Part shown: positions 16,903 to 23,327 of the stretch, piece by piece
Layout: the number at the start of each line of letters is the position of its first letter
Position numbering within the stretch: the stretch's first letter is position 1
Assembly (NCBI RefSeq): GCF_000189295.2
Contig: NC_016803.1
Coordinates: 480,001 to 512,000, forward strand
Length of the DNA: 32,000 nucleotides
Direction of reading: 5' to 3'
From: Pseudodesulfovibrio mercurii
GTDB taxonomy: Bacteria; Desulfobacterota; Desulfovibrionia; Desulfovibrionales; Desulfovibrionaceae
Notes under the pieces: generated by a model
Seen by the model: only the letters and a program-made list of their open reading frames with translations
Database searches by the model: none
What the model was told of the DNA's origin: nothing
Made by a program: the position numbers and the translations under genes

Positions 16903-17571
16903 TCAGGCGGTCCGCATCACTTCCCGGCACCAGTTCAGGAGCAGGGCGTAGCGCTCTTTTTCGGAGCGGTCGGCCGGTGGGGCGGACAAGTCCAGACCCG
17001 CCTCGATGATTTCCTGGTCCACGCCGTCCAGCTCCGCGAGCAGTTCCCGTTTGCTCGCGCAGAACCGCCCGGAATCCAGGTAGTGGACCACCAGCATGAG
17101 GAAGAAGGCGGATTTGCAGGCCTCCTTCAGGATGGCGGGCCTGGCCTCCGCGTCGGCGTACAGATAGCTGTGGGTCAGCAGGTGGAGCAGGGTGGACGCG
17201 CCGATCCGTGCGCCGTACCGGACGTCCTCGCGGGTCACGGGCGGCAGGAAGTCCTCCAGCCTGCCGAAATGATCGGTCGTATCTTTCGCAAAAGAGAACA
17301 GTTCGTGGGGCGGCCAGGCGGCGAACTCCCGGACGCCGCAGAGGAATCCGCAGGCCTTGCGCCCCTCGGGCATGGCGTGGACGATGGTCCGGTACACGTC
17401 CAGGTCGTCCAGGGCCACCGTGTCCAGCAGGACCACGAGGTCGATGTCGCTCGTTTCCGTGGCCTCCCCACGGCGGTAGCTGCCCTGCAATCCGAGATAC
17501 CGCAGCCGGGGGCCGAAGGCCTCCTGCAGACGGGGAAGGACGTCGGCCATCCAGGTTCGCGCTTCGATCAT
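16903..17571 (-). CDS. Pol-beta superfamily nucleotidyltransferase with helical C-terminal domain
   Basis: GLQGSYRRGEATETSDIDLVVLLD has the GS...DxD NTase signature. About 130 aa of helical region follow. ATG at 17571 is preceded by AAGGAG. 222 aa. Confidence 0.75.
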   Translation of the reverse strand: MIEARTWMADVLPRLQEAFGPRLRYLGLQGSYRRGEATETSDIDLVVLLDTVALDDLDVYRTIVHAMPEGRKACGFLCGVREFAAWPPHELFSFAKDTTDHFGRLEDFLPPVTREDVRYGARIGASTLLHLLTHSYLYADAEARPAILKEACKSAFFLMLVVHYLDSGRFCASKRELLAELDGVDQEIIEAGLDLSAPPADRSEKERYALLLNWCREVMRTA

Positions 17572-17668
17572 GTCATACTCCTTGCGGGTTGCGTGAACCG
17601 GGGGTGTAGCAGTTGCCGCCTTCCGGCGCCAGCCCGATTCGGAGGCAATGGGCGGGGGAAGAGCGATC

Positions 17669-19594
17669 CTACTTCTTGGCGGTCTCGCGGGCTCCATGGG
17701 CCATGAGAAATTCCGCCAGATCGGCGAGTTGTCGTCTGGTTTCCGCCGGGACCCGGCCTTTGTTGTCCAATCGAGCAATGACGAGATCGAGCGGGGTCTT
17801 TCCGTGTTTGTTCAGGGCGTTGATGTCCGCACCGGCGTCGAGGAGCAATGCGCAGCTGTCCCGTTGGTTGTTCAGGGCGGCCTGGTGCAGGAGCGTATCG
17901 CCGCCCCGGTCCCTGGCCATGACGTCCGCACCCTGTCGGATCAGGTACGTGGCCGCCTCCTGCCTGCCGCTCATGGCGGCGCCGAAGAGGGGCGTCCTGC
18001 CCAAACGGTCCGGCTCGTCCACCGCATATCCCTTGCCCACCAGCAGTTCAAGCACCGTCAGGTCGTTGGCCCGCGCCGCGACGTGCATGGCCGTTCTGCC
18101 GAACTGGTCCTGTTGCGCGCCGTCAGCGCCCGCCTTGAGCAGGAGTTCGGCCATGTCGGGATAGCGCGCGCCGATGGCCACGTGCAGGGCGGACGCGCCT
18201 CCGGGGCCCGTGGCGTTGATGTCGGCCCCGTGGGCCAGGAGCAGGTTGACGGTCCCGGTGTTGTGCTTGCCCACGGCGATGGAGAGCGGGCTCAACTTGG
18301 CCCGGCCCTGGAGATTCACGTCCGCGCCGGAGGCGATGAGCAGCGGGGCCACGCGGCTGTCGGGCTTGGCGGCCGCGTAGGCGAGGGCGGTCAACCCCAT
18401 GCCGGAGATCAGGTCGGGGTCGGCTCCGGCGTCGATCAGAACCTTTGCGGAACCGTACCAGTCCAGGCTGGCCGCCCGTTGGAGCGGGGTGTCCATCCGT
18501 CCCATGCGATCGGGCTTCACCCCGTACTGGAGGAGATATTTGATGACTTCGGGCCGGTTGTTCTGGGCGGCCAGATGCAGGGGAGAGTCCCACTGGCTGT
18601 CCGAGACGTTCGGGTCCGCGCCCGCCTCGAGCAGCAGGATGACCGTCGAGAGCCTGCCTTCATGGACCGCGTAGGCAAGCGGGGTTTTCTTGAATCCGTC
18701 CGCTTGATTCGGGTCCGCCCCCTCCTTGAGCAGGCGGCGCACGTCCTCCAGACCGAACTGGCTCTGGGCGGCCCGATGCAGGGGGTATTCCTCCTTTTTC
18801 CGCTCCGGACGCGGGGTCGGGCGCGAGGACGGATGGGTATCCTTTGCCCCGTTGGCGACCAATATCTCGGCCATGGCCGTGAAGTCGTTCTGGGCCGCCA
18901 CCTGTAACGGCGTGCCATATTGTCCCGGAGCGTTCAGGTCGGCGCCGTGCCGTATCAACGGCTCCATGAGGGCCACCCGGTCGAAGCGCACGGCCTCGTG
19001 CACCGCCGTCTGGCCGCGCTTGTTCGGGATGTTCGGGTCGGCCCCGGCGTCCAGCAGCAGGAGGATGCGGGACGCCTCGACCCAGCCGATGCCGGAGCTG
19101 AGCGGAGTGTCTCCCTCTTTGCCGCGCACATTGAGGTCGGGCTTGCGTTCCAGCAGGACGCGGAGGGCCTCCAGGGCTGCGGGGCCGTGGGCCATGAAGG
19201 ACGTAGACAGGGGAGTGCCCCCGCCGTCGCTGGCCGCGTTGACGTCCGCACCCGCCTCCATGAGGACCACCATGTTCGCGAAGCGACCCTGCCCGGCGGC
19301 CGAAATTAATGGCGTGACGCCGTACTTGTTGCGCGCATCCACTTCCGCGCCGGCCCGGAGCAGGGCGCGGCAGATGTCCGGGGAGCCCCAGGCGGCGGCC
19401 ACGTGCAGCGGGGTGTTGGCGTCCTTGTCCCGTTCATGGGGATCGGCCCCTGCGGCCAAGGCTTCCCATACGGGCCGCGCATCCAGGGAACGGGACAGTT
19501 GGATCAGGGTCTTGCCCTGTGCCATGGAGGGGAAAAGCGTCAGGCACAGTAGAGCGATCAGCAGCGAATGCCGCACGCAACGACGTATAATCAT
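17669..19594 (-). CDS. Secreted/periplasmic ankyrin-repeat protein (~17 repeats)
   Basis: Sec-type signal peptide MIIRRCVRHSLLIALLCLTLFPSMAQ. About 17 repeats of 33 aa with the xTPLHxAA...LLxxGADxN pattern follow, in blocks of about 6 and 11 split by the linker THPSSRPTPRPERKKEE. Start taken at the ATG at 19594. Confidence 0.9.
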   Translation of the reverse strand: MIIRRCVRHSLLIALLCLTLFPSMAQGKTLIQLSRSLDARPVWEALAAGADPHERDKDANTPLHVAAAWGSPDICRALLRAGAEVDARNKYGVTPLISAAGQGRFANMVVLMEAGADVNAASDGGGTPLSTSFMAHGPAALEALRVLLERKPDLNVRGKEGDTPLSSGIGWVEASRILLLLDAGADPNIPNKRGQTAVHEAVRFDRVALMEPLIRHGADLNAPGQYGTPLQVAAQNDFTAMAEILVANGAKDTHPSSRPTPRPERKKEEYPLHRAAQSQFGLEDVRRLLKEGADPNQADGFKKTPLAYAVHEGRLSTVILLLEAGADPNVSDSQWDSPLHLAAQNNRPEVIKYLLQYGVKPDRMGRMDTPLQRAASLDWYGSAKVLIDAGADPDLISGMGLTALAYAAAKPDSRVAPLLIASGADVNLQGRAKLSPLSIAVGKHNTGTVNLLLAHGADINATGPGGASALHVAIGARYPDMAELLLKAGADGAQQDQFGRTAMHVAARANDLTVLELLVGKGYAVDEPDRLGRTPLFGAAMSGRQEAATYLIRQGADVMARDRGGDTLLHQAALNNQRDSCALLLDAGADINALNKHGKTPLDLVIARLDNKGRVPAETRRQLADLAEFLMAHGARETAKK

Positions 19595-19743
19595 GGAACG
19601 TCTCCCGCAAAAATCTCGGGGAAACAGCCTGAGCAATCTTGCCTATACCAGCATAATATGCCCGTGTATATCGGTTTATTTCCCGAAGCGACGGGAATCG
19701 GTCATCTCCGGTTCGACCTGGAACGCTTCGTGCATTTCCTGAC

Positions 19744-19760
19744 CGATCATTTGATGATCG
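19744..19760. promoter_or_regulatory. Perfect 7-3-7 palindrome CGATCAT-TTG-ATGATCG, candidate operator in a divergent promoter region
   Basis: Read directly from the sequence. It lies about 150 nt upstream of the ankyrin start and about 195 nt upstream of the receiver-protein start. It shares the GATCATCAA core with sites at 11972-11980 and 21640-21648. Confidence 0.4.
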
Positions 19761-19954
19761 TGTATTGTTCAACGCATCGCTATCATTGGATGAAATGGTG
19801 ATCAGGAAAGGTCGGGACCACGCTGTATCAGCGATATATCCCGGTCGGCGTTCATCAAACGTTGCAATCGGCAACAGCCAGAAACGCCGCTTCAGTTCGA
19901 CCGCATGTCGAAAACCGCTGCCTGAGGGGATCAGGCCCAAGCCACGAGCGATTC

Positions 19955-21463
19955 ATGACAGCCATTACAATTTTCAACGGAGTTTTCTGCGATGCGCGGC
20001 CCGTGGTCGAGCACGTGGCGGAAATCACCGGCTACCGGCTGGTGGACGACCGCGAAATCATAGCCGATGCGGCCCGGCTATCGGGCCGGAAACGGGCGGC
20101 GTTCAGCGGTCTGTTCGATCCGGAGGCCGGGGGATCGCCTCTGGCCGCGCCGGAGCGCAACGGGCTGGTCGCCTGGCTGCGCTACGCCGTGGCCCGGAAG
20201 CTGTCCGGGGGTGAGGATCTGGTCTTCTGGGGCTATTCGGCCCTGCTCACGCCGCGAAATTGCGGAAATATTTTGGCTGCTTGCCTGGTCAATGAGCGCA
20301 ATGACCGGCTCTGGACGGCCTGCCGGGACGGTCGGCACACCGAGGCCCAGGCCGTGGCCCGTATGACCGCCGACGACCGGGTGCGCGGCGAGTGGGTGGT
20401 AGATGTTACGGATTGCAACGATCCCTGGTCCGAGACACTGTACGACGTGGTCGTTCCGGTGGGGGCCCTGGGGGTCCGGCAGAGCGCCTGCCTCATCGTC
20501 GAGCAACTGGCCAACGGCGTGGTCCGCGATTCCGAGGCCACCCGGGCTTGCGCGGAGGATTTCCGGCTGGCCGCCCGGGTGCGGGCCGAGCTGGCGCGCG
20601 CTGGGCACGACGTGGCCGTTGTCGCCCGCGATGGTTCGCTGACCTTGAGCCTGGAAGACCACGACGCCACCCTGGCGAGCGGGGCGCGCGACCTGTTCGA
20701 GGAGATCGCGGCCATGGCTGGCGTGCGCGGCGTGGAGATCGGAGCGGGGCGGCGTTACAACCCGAACGACGTATTTCAGCGGGCGGCCTGCGCCCGTCCG
20801 TGCCCCGACGCGGCGGCCAGGGAGGATGCGGCCTGTACCTCGGCCCGCGCCGAGGACGTGGCCCTGGCCGAGGCGGTGCGTTCGCGCATCCCCTTCGACG
20901 CCTGGGGCGTATCCGTGTTCGTGAAGGACGGCTTCGTGTCCCTGACCATCAACGACCACGCCAGGCTGGTGGAGCGCATGGCCCGGCGGGTCTGCGATCT
21001 GGCCGCCCGCGTCGAAGGCGTCGCGGACGTGACCTTCGGCATCGGCCGGGAGTACCACCTGGGCGCGGCCTGCAAGCGCGTCCGCCGGGAGCTGTGCCGT
21101 ACCCTGCTGGCCGACGAGCGGCGCAAGTTCCTGCCGACACTGTCCGCCCGGCTGCAACGCGACGGCGGGGTGGGGGCCTTCGCCCTGTACGACGGCAAGA
21201 GCGTCTTCTACACCATGGAGGAGCCCGAGGTGGTCCTCCTGGACATGCCGGATTCCGGCGGGCCGGACGTGCTGCGCCGGTTCAAGCGGGACCATCCGGC
21301 AACCGAGGTCCTGGTCCTGTCGGACCGGAAGGCCGAACAGGAGCGCGAAACCTGCATGAACCTGGGGGCCTTCGCCTGCCTCCACAAGCCGGTCAACAGC
21401 GTGGCCCTGAGCGAGACCATCCGGGCCGCCTGCGAAAAGTCCCGCGCCTGCGCCTGCTCCTGA
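19955..21463 (+). CDS. Multidomain protein: cytidylate-kinase-like (degenerate P-loop) + 2 BON domains + C-terminal receiver (REC) domain
   Basis: N-terminus ITIFNGVFCDARPVVEHVAEITGYRLVDDREII and ...WVVDVTDCNDPWSETLYDVVVPV resemble the cytidylate kinase-like family but lack GxxGxGK. BON-like segments VAVVARDGSLTLSLEDHD...VRGVEIG and VSVFVKDGFVSLTINDH...VADVTFG. REC: LLADE, VVLLDMPDSGG, VLVLSD, LHKP. Start taken at the ATG at 19955 (502 aa). Confidence 0.75.
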   Translation: MTAITIFNGVFCDARPVVEHVAEITGYRLVDDREIIADAARLSGRKRAAFSGLFDPEAGGSPLAAPERNGLVAWLRYAVARKLSGGEDLVFWGYSALLTPRNCGNILAACLVNERNDRLWTACRDGRHTEAQAVARMTADDRVRGEWVVDVTDCNDPWSETLYDVVVPVGALGVRQSACLIVEQLANGVVRDSEATRACAEDFRLAARVRAELARAGHDVAVVARDGSLTLSLEDHDATLASGARDLFEEIAAMAGVRGVEIGAGRRYNPNDVFQRAACARPCPDAAAREDAACTSARAEDVALAEAVRSRIPFDAWGVSVFVKDGFVSLTINDHARLVERMARRVCDLAARVEGVADVTFGIGREYHLGAACKRVRRELCRTLLADERRKFLPTLSARLQRDGGVGAFALYDGKSVFYTMEEPEVVLLDMPDSGGPDVLRRFKRDHPATEVLVLSDRKAEQERETCMNLGAFACLHKPVNSVALSETIRAACEKSRACACS

Positions 21464-21484
21464 TCCCGCCCGCAAGATCGTTCT

Positions 21485-21518
21485 GGGGGTGTGGCCGCCA
21501 AGGCCGCACCCCCTTTTT
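21485..21518 (+). terminator. Rho-independent terminator after the receiver-domain gene
   Basis: GGGGGTGTGGCC (21485-21496), loop GCCAA, GGCCGCACCCCC (21502-21513, one G-T pair), then TTTTT. Confidence 0.8.
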
Positions 21519-21764
21519 CGTCCATATATAGCGTACTCTGCATAGTAGATATCCGGCTGCGATCATGAGCAGTTCCCGGCCGGTCTGGATTGTTGCGCCG
21601 TGGGCCCGTTCTGGGGCGTGGCGTTCCAGTCTCTCCGGCGATCATCAAGGCCTGGCGGAAGGGCTTTGTGGGGGGCCCCCGCACGCGAAAAGTGTACGGA
21701 TGTGGGAGAACAGCGCAATAACTGGTCGAATAAATGCGGTTTCAGGAAGGATTACGGGGAAAAA

Positions 21765-22205
21765 TCAGGACCGCCGCAGCTTCATGTGGAGCAGGGGGAA
21801 GGGCTTGCCCTGGCCGTCCAGGGGTGAACGGCCCACAACCTCGAAGCCGAAGCGTTCGTAGAACCCCAGGGCCTGCGGATTCTGCTCGTTGACGTCCACC
21901 CGGGTCACGCCGAAGCGGTCCACGGCGTGGCGGCATAGGGCCGTACCGATGCCCCGGCCCCGGCTGTCCGGCGCGACGAAGAGCATTTCCAGGTTGCCGT
22001 GGGCAACACCGCTGAATCCGAGGATCTTTCCGGCCATGTCCCGGGCGCAGCACAGGGTCACCGCATCGAAATAGTGTTCGAGGATTAGCGGACGCAGGGG
22101 CAGGATGTCCTCCTCGGCCAGGAAATGATGGGTCGCGCGGACGGACGCTTCCCAGACCGCGAGCAGTTCGGGATGGTCCGCCTCACCGGCTGGTTCCAGG
22201 CGCAT
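21765..22205 (-). CDS. GNAT family N-acetyltransferase, YjaB-like
   Basis: LLAVWEASVRATHHFLAEEDI...LEMLFVAPDSRGRGIGTAL...VDVNEQNPQALGFYERFGFEVVGRSPLDGQGKPFPLLHM aligns closely by eye with E. coli YjaB. Start at 22205 gives 146 aa. An alternative ATG at 22265 is possible. Confidence 0.8.
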   Translation of the reverse strand: MRLEPAGEADHPELLAVWEASVRATHHFLAEEDILPLRPLILEHYFDAVTLCCARDMAGKILGFSGVAHGNLEMLFVAPDSRGRGIGTALCRHAVDRFGVTRVDVNEQNPQALGFYERFGFEVVGRSPLDGQGKPFPLLHMKLRRS

Positions 22206-22349
22206 GCGTTTATCCACAAGTGGTTCGGGGTCGTCCAGAAAACGGTTTTCAGGAAAATATAGCATACGGTGTATTCCGTCAACCAGTTGATATCCCTGGG
22301 TGAGCCCTTTCCGGGCTTCAAGCGCCCCGGCCGTCTCTCCGGCAAGGGG

Positions 22350-22646
22350 TCACAGGAGGTGCCGCAGGAGGATCAGGGACCCCACGCCCGCCACCAGGGA
22401 CAGGGGCATGTTCCGGAAACGCAGGGCGAACACCAGGGTGACGCCCGAAGCGACGGCCTCGGCCGTGCCCACGGCAAAGACCAGCGGGGCGAGCAGCGCG
22501 GCCAGGATGGAGCCGGGCAGCCTTGACAGGCACGCCTCCACCCGCTGGTTGCCCTGGACCAGGCGGACCAGCCACGGCCCGGCGATTCGGGTCAGGTAGG
22601 TCACGGCGGCCATGCCGAGGATGGCGATCAGGCTATCGGTTCCCAC
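22350..22646 (-). CDS. azlD: Branched-chain amino acid transport protein AzlD-like
   Basis: 98-aa hydrophobic protein (AILGMAAVTYLTRIAGPWL...), overlapping the azlC stop by 14 nt as in azlCD pairs. Confidence 0.75.
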   Translation of the reverse strand: MGTDSLIAILGMAAVTYLTRIAGPWLVRLVQGNQRVEACLSRLPGSILAALLAPLVFAVGTAEAVASGVTLVFALRFRNMPLSLVAGVGSLILLRHLL

Positions 22647-23325
22647 GGTTCCCCCAAAGCCCGGTCAGGCTCCCGGCCAGGCCGCCGATGACGATGTACC
22701 ATTTGCCGGGCAGGAAATGATGGACCACCAGGGCGGTGATCGCGGCCACGGCCCAGGGCGGGATGTCCCCCTTGCCCTTCCACAGCCCGGCCAGCAGGGA
22801 GAGGAACACGGCGGTGAAGGCGAAGTCGAGCCCGAAGGCCTCGGGGTCGGGAATGACCGCCCCGGCCAGCCTGCCGGTGATCGTCGCCCCCATCCATGCG
22901 GCCCAGATGAGCAGGCCGCTGCCCAGCAGGAAGCCCAGGTCCGACTTGCCCCGGCTGACGGCCCCGTAGGTCATGGCCCAGCTCTCGTCCACCAGCAGGA
23001 AAAGCAGGGGAAGGGTGGTGCGGGGAGGCAGGCCGCGCATCCAGGGCGTCAGGGACGCGCTCATGAGCACGTGCCGCAGGTTGACGATGAATGTGGTGAA
23101 AATCAGAGCGGTTATGGGCAGCGGATGGGACCACATGTCCAGGGCCACGAACTGCGACGACCCGGCGAAGATCAGGCCGCTGGACAGGGCCGCCTCCCCC
23201 ATGGTCAGTCCGGCCTGGCGGGTGAGCAGGCCGTAGACCAGGCCGTAGGCAAAGACGCTGAGGGCCACGGGCAGGGTGCGCAGGGCCCCCTGCCGGGCGG
23301 ATTCGAGCGACAGGCGCGCGGTCAA
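22633..23325 (-). CDS. azlC: AzlC family branched-chain amino acid permease component
   Basis: FAGSSQFVAL, TFIVNLRHVLMSASL and LLVDESWA are AzlC-like. Multi-TM. TTG start at 23325, two nt after the upstream stop. Confidence 0.8.
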   Translation of the reverse strand: MTARLSLESARQGALRTLPVALSVFAYGLVYGLLTRQAGLTMGEAALSSGLIFAGSSQFVALDMWSHPLPITALIFTTFIVNLRHVLMSASLTPWMRGLPPRTTLPLLFLLVDESWAMTYGAVSRGKSDLGFLLGSGLLIWAAWMGATITGRLAGAVIPDPEAFGLDFAFTAVFLSLLAGLWKGKGDIPPWAVAAITALVVHHFLPGKWYIVIGGLAGSLTGLWGNRGNR

Positions 23326-23327
23326 GA

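Noticed and set aside
17648-18907. 419-aa plus-strand ORF opposite the ankyrin gene (itself weakly repetitive)
   Set aside because: Its repetitiveness simply mirrors the ankyrin repeats on the other strand. The composition is G/R/V/H-rich, and there is no Shine-Dalgarno or motif.
19857-19886. Sigma-54-like element on the minus strand (CTGGCTGTTGCCGATTGCAACG) upstream of the ankyrin gene
   Set aside because: The GG to GC spacing is 12 nt rather than the canonical 10 nt of TGGCAC-N5-TTGC. The sequence is better described as a short GTTGC/GCAAC inverted repeat.
20078-21531. 465-aa minus-strand and 379-aa plus-strand off-frame ORFs overlapping the BON-REC gene
   Set aside because: These are Arg/Gly/Pro-rich translations typical of wrong frames in ~70% GC DNA. 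The chosen frame gives recognisable BON and REC segments and ends at a strong terminator.
16824-22300. Genomic island inserted at tRNA-Leu (NTase, ankyrin, BON-REC, GNAT)
   Set aside because: There is no integrase, transposase or direct repeat of the tRNA 3' end that I could find. Codon G/C3 bias looks the same as in the flanking core genes. The patch is accessory in flavour, but there is no evidence of recent mobility.
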